From Nitrospirota bacterium (GTDB lineage: Bacteria > Nitrospirota > Thermodesulfovibrionia > Thermodesulfovibrionales > UBA9159): a stretch of 64,000 bases of DNA. A program made the translations under genes and the position numbers. Positions 38,255-47,979 of the stretch are shown in pieces. The notes beneath the pieces were generated by a model. That model had not been told where the DNA came from, searched no databases, and saw nothing but the letters and a program-made list of their open reading frames with translations. Position 1 is the stretch's first letter, and every line of letters starts with the position of its first letter. The DNA is taken from positions 72,870-136,869 of the forward strand of contig JAJYIF010000005.1 in NCBI GenBank assembly GCA_021790195.1. Reading direction: 5' to 3'.

Positions 38255-39348
38255 AGAGATTCGTTGTAAAGATAGGCAGCAATGTCCTCGCCTCGGGCGG
38301 TGACGGACTCGACTTAAGAAGGATACAGTCGATCTCCAACGACATATCAGCCGTGCAAGACAGGGGCTTCGAGGTGGCGCTCGTTTCCTCCGGTGCTGTG
38401 GCTGCGGGCATGAAGAAGCTCCAGCTGAAAGAGAAGCCCAAAGACATCATCATGAAGCAGGCCGCGGCCGCCGTCGGGCAGAGCAGCCTCATGTGGGCAT
38501 ACGAAAAGTGCTTTGGCTCCCACGGCAAAAAGGTCGCGCAGGTGCTTCTGACGCGCGACGATTTTGCGGACAGAAAGAGGTACATCAATTCAAGAAATGC
38601 GCTGCTCGCCCTGCTCTCTTACGGCATTGTCCCGGTAATCAATGAGAACGATACGGTTGCGACGGACGAGATCAGGTTCGGGGACAACGACCACCTTGCG
38701 GCCCTCGTAGCAGGAATGATTGAGGCGGAGCGCCTCATAATCCTGTCGGATGTGGACGGGCTCTTTACCGGCGACCCGAGGACGAGCAAGGCCGCCGAGT
38801 TGATTCATACCGTGAAAGAGATAACCCCCGACCTCGAAAAAAGAGCGGGAGGGGCGGGAACGGTCGTGGGAACAGGCGGCATGTATTCGAAGGTCCTTGC
38901 CGCCAAGAGGGCGGTACGCCACGGCATAGCCGTAAACATTGTCAACGGGAGGACCGAAGGAGCGGTCTCCGCACTTGCCGGAGGTGAACAAATCGGCACC
39001 GAATTCAGACCCAGGGAAACGCGTCTTTCTTCAAAAAAGGGCTGGATCGCTTATGCCTGCAGGACGAAGGGGATCATCACCGTGGACGACGGAGCTGCGA
39101 GGGCGATCCTTCACGGAGGCAAGAGTCTCCTGCCTTCGGGGATTGTATCCATCTCAGGAAGCTTTGAGGCCGGAGACGCGGTCTACTGTGTGGACACGAA
39201 GGGCAATCGCATAGCGAAAGGTGTTACGAACTACTCCTCTTCCGAGATAGAGCGGATCAGGGGTAAAAAGACCTCCGAGATAGAGAAGGCCCTCGGTTAC
39301 AGTTATTCGGACGAGGTGATCCACAGGGACAACCTCGCCCTTCTGTAG
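38251..39348 (+). CDS. proB: glutamate 5-kinase (with PUA domain)
   Basis: MKRFVVKIGSNVL start overlapping the obg stop (ATGA); the track start at 38149 lies inside obg. INENDTVATDEIRFGDND motif. Confidence 0.94.
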   Translation: MKRFVVKIGSNVLASGGDGLDLRRIQSISNDISAVQDRGFEVALVSSGAVAAGMKKLQLKEKPKDIIMKQAAAAVGQSSLMWAYEKCFGSHGKKVAQVLLTRDDFADRKRYINSRNALLALLSYGIVPVINENDTVATDEIRFGDNDHLAALVAGMIEAERLIILSDVDGLFTGDPRTSKAAELIHTVKEITPDLEKRAGGAGTVVGTGGMYSKVLAAKRAVRHGIAVNIVNGRTEGAVSALAGGEQIGTEFRPRETRLSSKKGWIAYACRTKGIITVDDGAARAILHGGKSLLPSGIVSISGSFEAGDAVYCVDTKGNRIAKGVTNYSSSEIERIRGKKTSEIEKALGYSYSDEVIHRDNLALL

Positions 39349-39363
39349 AAGCCATAGGTTTTC

Positions 39364-39392
39364 TTGACTTTTGGCAGATAATAGGATATAAA
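39364..39392 (+). promoter_or_regulatory. candidate promoter for tRNA-Gly
   Basis: TTGACT (39364-39369), a 17-nt spacer, then TATAAA (39387-39392). It ends about 10 nt before the mature tRNA 5' end. Confidence 0.45.
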
Positions 39393-39402
39393 CAATAATA
39401 CT

Positions 39403-39477
<75 letters not shown>

Positions 39478-39509
39478 TTTAGTCGGATGAAAGATAATAC
39501 GGAGGAACC

Positions 39510-39887
39510 ATGGAAGACAAGAAATTCGTGTTCGTTTTGACCCATTCCTATGAGAGGCCTGATGTAGTGGCAGGCGCGATGCAGCTGGCGTCGAACATGA
39601 AGGCCTTCGACATAGAGCTCGATTTTTTCCTGATGGACGACGGGGTCCTCATTGCCAAGAAGGGGTTCGCGGAGACGCTTTCGGAGCTTCAAAAGAAGGA
39701 CGAGTTTTCGCCCGTCCATCAGCTCATGAAGACCCTGATCGAAGACTTCGGAGTAAAGTTTTATGTCTGCGCGTCCTGCGTGAAGCACTACGGACTCGAC
39801 AAGGCCGAACTCGTGAAGACAGCCGAGATAAAGCCCGGCTCTTTCCTGGGAGAAATGCTGCTCGAACGCCAGAACGTCACTTTTTAG
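39510..39887 (+). CDS. DsrE/DsrF-like family protein
   Basis: 125 aa. FVFVLTHSYERPDVVAGAMQLA ... FFLMDDGV ... FYVCASCVKHYGL resembles DsrE-family sulfur-relay-like proteins. Confidence 0.65.
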   Translation: MEDKKFVFVLTHSYERPDVVAGAMQLASNMKAFDIELDFFLMDDGVLIAKKGFAETLSELQKKDEFSPVHQLMKTLIEDFGVKFYVCASCVKHYGLDKAELVKTAEIKPGSFLGEMLLERQNVTF

Positions 39888-40019
39888 GGACACCGGCTCC
39901 GCTCGCATCGCCGCTCTCCTTATTGCGCCTGCTGCCGGATCGCAAGACGCAACCAACTCCTGATTAAACGTATACCATAGTGCCCCGCAGTTGTCATTGA
40001 AAACAGGTCGCCGGCTCTA

Positions 40020-40047
40020 TTGCACTTTCAAGGTTTTATGGTATTTA
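40020..40047 (+). promoter_or_regulatory. candidate extended -10 promoter placing the transcription start at or next to the mutS ATG
   Basis: TTGCAC (40020-40025), a 16-nt spacer ending in TGg, then TATTTA (40042-40047), then 7 nt to the ATG at 40055. No Shine-Dalgarno is visible. Confidence 0.4.
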
Positions 40048-40054
40048 ATATCTT

Positions 40055-42643
40055 ATGTCCGAATTGACCCCTCTCATGAAACAATACTTCGGCATCAAGG
40101 AAAAGCACTCTGACGCAATCCTGATGTTCCGTCTCGGGGACTTCTATGAGATGTTCGGCGAAGACGCAAAGGTCGCCTCAAAGGTCCTCCAGATTGCGCT
40201 TACCAGCAGGGACAAGACAAAGGAAGACCCCATCCCGATGTGCGGCATACCGTATTTCGCCGTGGAGTCGTATATAGCTAAACTCATCAATTCGGGCCGC
40301 AAGGTCGCCATATGCGAACAGCTGGAAGACGCCAGGGAAGCCAAGGGCATAGTGCAGAGGGACGTCGTGAGGGTGATCACGCCCGGCACCTACACGCCCG
40401 AAAGTCCGAAAGAGAACAACTACATCTTCTGTTTCTTCCCCGACGGCAAGAAATACGGCGCGGCCCTTGCGGACGTGTCCACCGGCGAGTTTCTGGTTTA
40501 TGAAACCGAGCAGGCTATAGAAGACGAACTGAGCAGGTTCGGTCCGAGGGAGGTCCTTTTCCCGGCAAGCCTCAGAGACAACCTGCACTACTCGGAAGTC
40601 ATGAAAGAATACTATTTTACAGCGGCCGACGACTGGACGTTCCATTTCTCCGAAGCATACAGGACGGTCCTCAAGCACTTCGGGGTGTCGTCCCTCGACG
40701 GTTACGGCTGCGAGGGCATGACCGCCGCCATCTCCGCGGCCGGCGCTTTAATTGCCTATATCGACAATACACAGAAAGAGTCGGTCAGGTTCAAAAAGAT
40801 TTCCCCGCTCTTTCAGGACGCCTTCATGTTCCTGGACTCTGCGACGCAGAAGAACCTCGAACTTATGAAGAACCTCAAGGGAGGCACGGAGGGCACCCTC
40901 CTTGGAGTCCTGGATGAGACGCTGACCCCCATGGGCGGAAGGTTTCTGAGGAACGCGCTCCTCAGGCCGCTCATCGATCTGAACGAACTGAGGAGCCGCC
41001 TTGGCGCTGTGGAATCCCTTATGGACGATTACGAGCTTATGGAAGTCCTTCGCAGCAACCTCAGGAAGATCCAGGATTTGGAAAGACTCGCCGCAAAGGT
41101 GGCCGGGAGGTCCGCCAACCCGAGGGACCTGATTGCGATCAGGAACTCGCTGTCGTGTCTTCCTTCGGTCAGAAACAGCCTCACGGCTTGCCAGAACGAT
41201 CACCTCAGGGCACTGGGTGAAGAGATATCGGAACTGGGCCATCTGGGGAGATTGATAGATTCCGCTGTGATGGACAGTCCGCCTCTAAGCGTAAGGGATG
41301 GGGGCATCATCAGGAACGGCTATAATCCCGAAGTCGATGAGCTCAGGAAGATCTCGACGAGCGGGAAAGACTTCATCGCCGACATCGAGGCCGGGGAAAA
41401 GAAAAAGACGGGCATATCGTCGCTGAAGATCGGATACAACAGGATATTCGGATATTACATAGAAGTTACAAAGGCAAACCTCGACCTCGTCCCTGATCAT
41501 TACATAAGGAAACAGACGCTTGTCAACGGAGAGAGGTTCGTCACACCCGAGCTTAGGGAGTATGAGGAGAAGGTCATCGGCTCCGAGGAACGCCTGAAGG
41601 GCCTCGAGTATAAACTTTTCCAGGAGCTTGTGGAGAAGATCGGCGGGGATGGAGACCGTCTGACGGCATGCGGAAACACCCTGGCCAGGATAGATTTCCT
41701 TATTTCCCTGGCGGTCGTCGCCCGGAGACATAACTACGCCAGGCCGGTGCTCGACGACAGCGCGGTAATAGAGATCATCGATGGGAGGCACCCGGTCCTC
41801 GAAAGGTATCTGCCTGAGCAATTCATACCCAACAGCGTCTATCTGGACAACGAAGGCGACAGGGTGCTGGTAATCACGGGACCGAACATGGCGGGTAAAT
41901 CGACCTATATGAGACAGACGGCGCTCATAGTGCTAATGGGTCAGATAGGGAGCTTTGTCCCGGCGACATCGGCCAGGATAGGCCTCGTCGACAGGATATT
42001 CACAAGGATAGGGGCCTCGGACTTCATATCCAAGGGCCAGAGCACATTCATGGTTGAGATGATCGAGACCGCGAACATCCTGAACAACGCCTCGGACAGG
42101 AGCCTTCTGATACTCGATGAGATCGGCAGGGGAACGAGCACCTTCGACGGCATCAGCATCGCCTGGGCGGTTGCCGAATTCATAACAAAGTCTGTAAAGG
42201 CGCGGACGCTTTTCGCCACGCATTATAATGAGCTTACCGAGCTGAGCCTTACCCTCGACGGCGTAAAGAACTATAACGTGGCCGTGAAGGAATGGGGAGA
42301 TGAAATAATATTTCTGAGAAAGATCTCTCCGGGTCCGGCCGACCGGAGCTACGGGATCCAGGTCGCACGGCTTGCAGGTCTGCCCGACGAAGTGATAGTT
42401 AGGGCAAAGGAAGTGCTGGCGAACTTCGAAGATCAACTCACGAATCCGGCCAATGCCCGCTCTATGGTTAAGGGCATATCCGGGCTTGGACAGATGGACC
42501 TCTTCTTCTCGGGGCAGGACCCCCTGACTGTGGAGCTGATAAACCTTGACCTCTCGAAGATGACGGCCAAATCCGCCCTGACAAAACTCCGGGAGCTTCA
42601 GAGGAAGGCCGCGGCCCAGGCGTCTCCGCACAATAAGCAGTGA
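40055..42643 (+). CDS. mutS: DNA mismatch repair protein MutS
   Basis: 862 aa. TPLMKQYFGIKEKH N-terminus, Walker A GPNMAGKST, and DEIGRGTSTFDG. Confidence 0.96.
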   Translation: MSELTPLMKQYFGIKEKHSDAILMFRLGDFYEMFGEDAKVASKVLQIALTSRDKTKEDPIPMCGIPYFAVESYIAKLINSGRKVAICEQLEDAREAKGIVQRDVVRVITPGTYTPESPKENNYIFCFFPDGKKYGAALADVSTGEFLVYETEQAIEDELSRFGPREVLFPASLRDNLHYSEVMKEYYFTAADDWTFHFSEAYRTVLKHFGVSSLDGYGCEGMTAAISAAGALIAYIDNTQKESVRFKKISPLFQDAFMFLDSATQKNLELMKNLKGGTEGTLLGVLDETLTPMGGRFLRNALLRPLIDLNELRSRLGAVESLMDDYELMEVLRSNLRKIQDLERLAAKVAGRSANPRDLIAIRNSLSCLPSVRNSLTACQNDHLRALGEEISELGHLGRLIDSAVMDSPPLSVRDGGIIRNGYNPEVDELRKISTSGKDFIADIEAGEKKKTGISSLKIGYNRIFGYYIEVTKANLDLVPDHYIRKQTLVNGERFVTPELREYEEKVIGSEERLKGLEYKLFQELVEKIGGDGDRLTACGNTLARIDFLISLAVVARRHNYARPVLDDSAVIEIIDGRHPVLERYLPEQFIPNSVYLDNEGDRVLVITGPNMAGKSTYMRQTALIVLMGQIGSFVPATSARIGLVDRIFTRIGASDFISKGQSTFMVEMIETANILNNASDRSLLILDEIGRGTSTFDGISIAWAVAEFITKSVKARTLFATHYNELTELSLTLDGVKNYNVAVKEWGDEIIFLRKISPGPADRSYGIQVARLAGLPDEVIVRAKEVLANFEDQLTNPANARSMVKGISGLGQMDLFFSGQDPLTVELINLDLSKMTAKSALTKLRELQRKAAAQASPHNKQ

Positions 42644-42710
42644 GCATCTTCTGTCCGGAAAAGTGCTTCCATCCGTAATCCGCAGCAACGGAGACAAAGA
42701 TAGGTTTTCA

Positions 42711-42807
42711 TTAATCCGGCTTCGCTATCATGATATTTCATCGATTTCAAAAAAGTTCTGAATTGTGTCTGCCCGTCATACAACGAAGTTCATTAATGAT
42801 CCAGGTT
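42711..42807. repeat. second copy of the ~100-bp repeat (matches 34436-34535, same orientation, roughly 85% identity by eye)
   Basis: Shared string: atcatgatatYtcRtcgatttcaaaaaagttYtga..tgtctgcccgtcat...aagttcat.aat.atccaggtt. Confidence 0.8.
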
Positions 42808-43071
42808 GGACACTGGACCACCCCCGGATGTCTCCTGGACCCGTTTATAGCCTCGTCACTCCGGATTGCAAGCTTCGCTTCGAGGTTGACAAATTCCTTG
42901 TGTCGGATAATGTAGAGGATAAGAGATCGTCCCTTCCATATTCTGAGTTTCGGTGTTGACTTTTTTGAGAAAGAAGGGGGGACTTTTTTAAAATACTCAT
43001 TGACAAAGATGAAAATTCTATGATAGAAATTCACACATGAAAAAGGTCTGTGACCGGCAAGGAGGAATTGA

Positions 43072-43458
43072 ATGAATCCGGAGAATCTCAAATATCACAA
43101 GGAGCACACGTGGGTGAAGGTGGCAGGAAAGCGGGCGACCATCGGCATAACGGACCATGCCCAGGAAGCGCTCGGAGACATCGTCTACATAGACCTGCCC
43201 GATGCCGACACGACCGTTGAGGCAAACAGCGAGATTGCAGAGATAGAATCAACTAAGGCGACCTCGTCCGTCATATCACCTGTGAGCGGGACCGTGATCG
43301 AGGTCAACGAGGAACTGTCCGAGTCCCCGGAGATAATAAACGAGGAGCCGTACGGAAAAGGATGGGTCGCGGTCCTCGAAATCGAAGACGACTCGGAGCT
43401 CGACGATCTCATGGATGCCTCCGAATATGAGAGGTATCTCGAAGAAGAGGCCAAATGA
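43072..43458 (+). CDS. gcvH: glycine cleavage system H protein (lipoyl carrier)
   Basis: 128 aa. HTWVKV ... IGITDHAQEALGDIVYIDLP and the lipoyl-lysine context EIESTKATSSVISPVSG. Confidence 0.93.
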   Translation: MNPENLKYHKEHTWVKVAGKRATIGITDHAQEALGDIVYIDLPDADTTVEANSEIAEIESTKATSSVISPVSGTVIEVNEELSESPEIINEEPYGKGWVAVLEIEDDSELDDLMDASEYERYLEEEAK

Positions 43459-44840
43459 GGATAGTCGTTCTCGGCGGCGGCCCCGGTGGTTACGTCGCTG
43501 CGCTGAAGGCTGCGCAGCTGGGCGCCCAGGTTACCGTCGTCGAAAAAGACGAAGTCGGAGGGACATGCCTTAACCGTGGCTGTATCCCGACAAAGACGAT
43601 AATCACATCCACGGAAGTCCTTCACTACGCCAGGAACCTGGGCGATTACGGGATCGACCTCAACGGTACGGTCTCCCCGAATCTCTCAAGAATCATGGAG
43701 AGAAAAGAAAAGGTGGTCGCCATTCAGGTAAAAGGCATCAGGGCCCTTTTTAAAAGCTGGGGAGTCGCGCTGATCGAGGGCGGCGGCAGACTGACTGACA
43801 CGCAGAAGGTAGAGGCCGTAAAAAGGGACGGGACGAAAGAGACCTTGGAGTGCGACCGCGTCATTGTGGCAACCGGTTCGAGACCGGCACAGATCCCGAC
43901 CTTTCCTTTCGACGGAGAGAATATCCTTTCCAGCGACGACGCTGTCGGAATCCGCGAGATACCGAAAAGTCTGCTCATAGTTGGGGCCGGGGTCATCGGG
44001 TGCGAGTTTGCCTGCATTTTCAGGGAACTCGGCTCAGAGGTGACAATGGTCGAGATGCTTCAAAGAGCGGTGTCGACCGAGGACATCGAGATATCGGAAG
44101 AGCTGGAAAGGGCGCTGAAGAAGAAACAGATCAAACTAATCAAGGGCACGGGGGTTACAAAAACCGAAAAGCAGGCCGACGGTATGCACTCTTTTCTCTC
44201 TGACGGTAAGGAGATCGTTACGGAGAAGATCCTTGTCTCCGTCGGGAGGGCCTTCAACAGCGAAGGCATCGGACTCGACACCGCAGGAATAAACAGGGGG
44301 CCTAAAGGACAGATCGTCGTGGATGAGAAGATGGAGACGAACGTGAAGGGGATATACGCGGTGGGGGATGTCGTGGGTGGCATGCTCCTGGCCCATAAAG
44401 CCTCGCGGGAAGGCATGGTGGCCGCTTCCAATGCCTGCGACAGAGAGATGAAGATGGATTATATGACCGTCCCGGCGGCCATTTTCACCTCGCCCGAGAT
44501 CGCATCCGTCGGACTAAGGGAACAGGAGGCTGTCGCAAAAGGATTGAACGTCAGGACAGGCCGTTTCCTTTTCAGGGCCCTCGGCAAGGCCCACGCGATG
44601 GGAGAGATTTCGGGTCTTTTCAAGATCATCTCCGATGCCGAAACGGACAGGGTCCTCGGAGCGCACATCATAGGGCCCCATGCCTCGGACCTCATCCATG
44701 AAGCCGCCCTCGCGCTGCATGCCGGTCTCAAGACAAAAGACATTGCCGGGACGATCCATGCCCACCCGACCCTTTCGGAGGGTATTATGGAAGCGGCTGA
44801 AGACGTCCATGGAGAGGCAATTCATGCTCCAAGAAAATAA
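43455..44840 (+). CDS. lpdA: dihydrolipoyl dehydrogenase
   Basis: 461 aa. FAD motif VVLGGGPGGYVAA, redox disulfide GGTCLNRGCIPTK, and C-terminal HAHPTLSE. Confidence 0.92.
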   Translation: MRIVVLGGGPGGYVAALKAAQLGAQVTVVEKDEVGGTCLNRGCIPTKTIITSTEVLHYARNLGDYGIDLNGTVSPNLSRIMERKEKVVAIQVKGIRALFKSWGVALIEGGGRLTDTQKVEAVKRDGTKETLECDRVIVATGSRPAQIPTFPFDGENILSSDDAVGIREIPKSLLIVGAGVIGCEFACIFRELGSEVTMVEMLQRAVSTEDIEISEELERALKKKQIKLIKGTGVTKTEKQADGMHSFLSDGKEIVTEKILVSVGRAFNSEGIGLDTAGINRGPKGQIVVDEKMETNVKGIYAVGDVVGGMLLAHKASREGMVAASNACDREMKMDYMTVPAAIFTSPEIASVGLREQEAVAKGLNVRTGRFLFRALGKAHAMGEISGLFKIISDAETDRVLGAHIIGPHASDLIHEAALALHAGLKTKDIAGTIHAHPTLSEGIMEAAEDVHGEAIHAPRK

Positions 44841-44852
44841 CCGGATATATCC

Positions 44853-46226
44853 GTGACCGAGCAGGCGCTTGCAGACAACTGGCTTGCTGCGGCAAAGAAG
44901 AAGAACAAGGACGCCTTCTCGGAGCTTGACGTCCTCCTACGCGCCCTGGACCGCTTCTTCAATATCGAGAACCTTCCGGTCCTGAAAGAAGACATCTCGG
45001 GCAGGAATTTTTTTGACGAGATGCACGCCGTCAAGGACACCATCCTCAGGGTGGTCGGCATTCTCGACATGCTCATACCCGAGACAAAGAAAAACGTTTA
45101 CTGGTTTCAGAAGTTCGCGCAGTCCAAGTTTCTCACCGACAAGAAGAGAGACGCCCTCAGGGAAGAGCTTTACAAACAGGACGTCCCCGAAAAGAGCCTC
45201 TTTCTCCTCTACGACTCCTTCGTCAACCTGAAGGGCATCATAACCGACATCATGAAGACGGACCACATACCTTACCTCACCTTTGCCAACATAGGCCAGA
45301 TATTGGCGAGGGAATTGCGGGAGAACGTCCACTTCAACCCCTTCAGATACGACCTCAACCCCCAGTTCGACGTAATCGAAAACAGGGAAATATCCCGCGT
45401 CGTAAAAGAGATCGCGGCGCAGGACGTAAAGAAACAGGTCTCGGCCATGCTCCTGCATCTTTTCAAGTTTCTGAGATACCTGAGGTACGCGGACACCTCG
45501 ACGAGGTTCGGCTCCCTGAACTCTTCTCTCCTCATCATTTTGCTGCTGCGCTCCGAGTTCGCCTTGTTTACCGGCTATCTGGAAACAGTGACACGCAAGG
45601 TCGAGGACCAGGAGCTGAAGGCGCTTGTGAAGGCGGTCTCCTATCAGTTCTCCATGGAATCGAAACGGGTTTTTCTCCAGGAGCTGAAGGACGTCTTCAG
45701 GAACAAGTCGCCCCAGTACCTCAAGGGGAGGATAGAAAACGGCCACGGGATATTGAAGAACCTTTCGGAGCAGAGCATCGCCCAGATCGTCCATTATTTT
45801 TCTCCCGAGGTGAAGGAGAGCGATATCTTCGAGACCTTTGTCACGAGGGTCGAACAATCCCTCAGATTGCGCGAGGACATCATGATCCTCCACAGGTTCC
45901 TTTTTCTCTTCGAGCAGGCGACCTCTGAAAAAAAGGCCCGCGTCTTTGATGCGATGAGGAATTTCATGCTCTATTTCCAGAGTTTCACCTTCAAGCTCCT
46001 GCGGTATGACGATTACGAGGAATTCGTATCTTTCTTCAGCAAGATGCTCGCCTTCAACAAGAATGAGATCAGGGGGAGGGGGCTCGATAAGCTCTCGGAC
46101 AAGACAAAGCAGTTCAGGATATTCATAGAGACATGTCTCAGGCAGATCTCGAACAGGTCCGAGTTGGCGGGCATTCCTGCGGACATGAGCAGGATCGAAA
46201 ACAACCTGAATCAATACATGGAATGA
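44853..46226 (+). CDS. hypothetical all-alpha protein, no family recognised
   Basis: 457-aa ORF, 12 nt after lpdA. Its K/E/L/F-rich composition resembles the real genes here, whereas the 425-aa ORF on the opposite strand looks like the shadow ORFs seen opposite other genes. GTG start without a clear Shine-Dalgarno, so the 5' end is uncertain. Confidence 0.6.
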   Translation: MTEQALADNWLAAAKKKNKDAFSELDVLLRALDRFFNIENLPVLKEDISGRNFFDEMHAVKDTILRVVGILDMLIPETKKNVYWFQKFAQSKFLTDKKRDALREELYKQDVPEKSLFLLYDSFVNLKGIITDIMKTDHIPYLTFANIGQILARELRENVHFNPFRYDLNPQFDVIENREISRVVKEIAAQDVKKQVSAMLLHLFKFLRYLRYADTSTRFGSLNSSLLIILLLRSEFALFTGYLETVTRKVEDQELKALVKAVSYQFSMESKRVFLQELKDVFRNKSPQYLKGRIENGHGILKNLSEQSIAQIVHYFSPEVKESDIFETFVTRVEQSLRLREDIMILHRFLFLFEQATSEKKARVFDAMRNFMLYFQSFTFKLLRYDDYEEFVSFFSKMLAFNKNEIRGRGLDKLSDKTKQFRIFIETCLRQISNRSELAGIPADMSRIENNLNQYME

Positions 46227-46230
46227 TCTA

Positions 46231-46325
46231 AGAGATTGAGGTTAAGATTAAGGCTAATGCAAAGTAAAGGCTGCGGATAAGGATAGTCCGAGAAGTTTCT
46301 TAACCTTAACCTCAATCTTAACCTA
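46231..46325. repeat. GGTTAA/TTAACC inverted repeat between the hypothetical gene and eno
   Basis: Perfect 13-bp arms gattgaggttaag (46234-46246) and cttaacctcaatc (46305-46317), 58 nt apart, flanked by further ttaagg/ttaacc units. Confidence 0.8.
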
Positions 46326-46341
46326 AAAACAAGGAGGCTTT

Positions 46342-47616
46342 ATGGGAAAAATCGTTGATGTCAGAGCGATGGAGATACTGGATTCGAGAGGTAACCCGAC
46401 TGTTCACGTAGAGGTCGTCCTCGAAAGCGGCGCTTCGGGCAAGGCCGGGGTACCCTCTGGTGCTTCCACGGGCGAGAAAGAGGCGCTGGAGCTCAGGGAC
46501 GGCGGCACGAGGTACCACGGCAAGGGCGTGCTTAATGCCGTCGGCAACGTAGTCCAGGAGATCGCGCCGAAGCTTGAGGGCGTCGATTCCGTAAGGCAGA
46601 CATATATCGATAATATGATGATAGAGCTTGACGGAACTGAGAACAAATCCAGGCTTGGGGCCAATGCGATCCTCGGAGTCTCTCTTGCGGTATGCAAGGC
46701 ATCCGCAAATGAGGCGGGACAGCCCCTCTATCGATATATCGGCGGATGCAACGCCAAGGTGCTTCCCGTGCCGATGATGAACATCCTCAACGGCGGCGCG
46801 CACGCCGACAATAACCTGGACATACAGGAATTCATGATAGTGCCGGCGGGCATGACGAATATTGCCTCTGCCGTTTGCGCCGGGTCCGAGGTCTTCCACA
46901 GCCTGAAATCGCTCCTGAAGAAGAACAAGCTCAGCACGGCCGTCGGAGACGAAGGCGGGTTCGCCCCGAACCTCAAGAACAATGAAGAGGCGATCAAGCT
47001 GATTATCCGCGCTATAGAAGACGCCGGTTATATCCCGGGAAGGGACGTATCTGTCGCACTCGATGTCGCCGCCTCGGAGCTTTATTCCGAAAAGGGATAC
47101 CGCTTCGAGGGCAGGACCCTCCAGTCGGAGGCCATGATAGATTATTACGAGAAGCTCTTGAACCGCTACCCGGTCCTCTCAATTGAGGACGGTCTTTCGG
47201 AAAGGGACTGGAAGGGATGGAAACGGATGACCAGGAGACTAGGCGGCTCGGTCCAGCTGGTGGGAGACGATATCTTTGTCACCAACACGGAAATCATGAA
47301 GGAGGGCATAAGACAAAAGATCGCCAATTCGGTGCTCATCAAGCTGAACCAGATCGGCACGCTTACCGAGACGCTCGATGCCATAGAAATGGCGAAGACC
47401 GCCGGATATACTGCCGTGGTATCTCACCGGTCGGGAGAGACGGAGGACACGACGATAGCGGACCTCTCAGTGGCCTGCAATACGGGCTTCATCAAGACCG
47501 GCTCTCTCTCAAGAAGCGACCGCGTGGCCAAATATAACAGGCTCATGGAGATCGAAATAGAGTTGGCGAATTCTTCACTATACAAAGGAAGGGACGCGTT
47601 GTATAATTTAGCGTAG
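46342..47616 (+). CDS. eno: enolase
   Basis: 424 aa. [29 protein letters not shown] and [16 protein letters not shown]. Confidence 0.97.
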   Translation: MGKIVDVRAMEILDSRGNPTVHVEVVLESGASGKAGVPSGASTGEKEALELRDGGTRYHGKGVLNAVGNVVQEIAPKLEGVDSVRQTYIDNMMIELDGTENKSRLGANAILGVSLAVCKASANEAGQPLYRYIGGCNAKVLPVPMMNILNGGAHADNNLDIQEFMIVPAGMTNIASAVCAGSEVFHSLKSLLKKNKLSTAVGDEGGFAPNLKNNEEAIKLIIRAIEDAGYIPGRDVSVALDVAASELYSEKGYRFEGRTLQSEAMIDYYEKLLNRYPVLSIEDGLSERDWKGWKRMTRRLGGSVQLVGDDIFVTNTEIMKEGIRQKIANSVLIKLNQIGTLTETLDAIEMAKTAGYTAVVSHRSGETEDTTIADLSVACNTGFIKTGSLSRSDRVAKYNRLMEIEIELANSSLYKGRDALYNLA

Positions 47617-47940
47617 ATGAACTCGCACAAGCTTCTGAGGAGCCAGGTCGTTTCCGAGATAAGGAAAAGGCGTCTCGTAGCCTTTACCCTCATGCTCCTT
47701 AGCCTTCTGTATCTCGCGATAACCTTTACGTTCGGTTCTTCCGGTCTTATAAGATACTTCGAGCTCAAAGCAAGAAAGGACCATCTGGTCCGGGCAATAA
47801 AAGACATCGAGACCAGGAATGCCCGCATGGAAACAGACACGAGACTGCTGAAGCAGGACCCTTTCTATATCGAAAAGCACGCGCGGGAAGATTACGGCAT
47901 GGCAAAGCCTGACGAGTATGTCTTTAAGTATGAGCAGTAG
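47617..47940 (+). CDS. ftsB: septum formation initiator FtsB/DivIC family
   Basis: 107 aa with one N-terminal membrane segment, a coiled coil, and the C-terminal DPFYIEKHAREDYGMAKPDEYVF. Conserved position after eno. Confidence 0.85.
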   Translation: MNSHKLLRSQVVSEIRKRRLVAFTLMLLSLLYLAITFTFGSSGLIRYFELKARKDHLVRAIKDIETRNARMETDTRLLKQDPFYIEKHAREDYGMAKPDEYVFKYEQ

Positions 47941-47979
47941 CAACTCGTCCGAGGTTGCGGGCCGAAGCCTTCCCGACCC

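Noticed and set aside
40144-42697. Several 80-254-aa minus-strand ORFs opposite mutS
   Set aside because: MutS is unambiguous on the plus strand. The antisense ORFs lack motifs and show typical shadow composition.
42644-43071. Possible glycine riboswitch in the long 428-bp region upstream of gcvH
   Set aside because: I looked for the conserved glycine-riboswitch core strings (GGAGAG ... CACCGAAGGGGCAA-like, in tandem) and did not see them. The region instead holds the 100-bp repeat copy and AT-rich promoter-like sequence. A covariance-model scan would be needed to be certain.
44937-46214. 425-aa ORF on the minus strand exactly opposite the 457-aa plus-strand ORF (two very long overlapping ORFs)
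   Set aside because: The same phenomenon occurs opposite clearly real genes (yicC, mutS, the histidine kinase). The minus-strand translation has the E/L/V/G/R/P-rich, low-K character of those shadow ORFs. It is best explained by codon bias suppressing stops in the antisense frame, not by a second gene.
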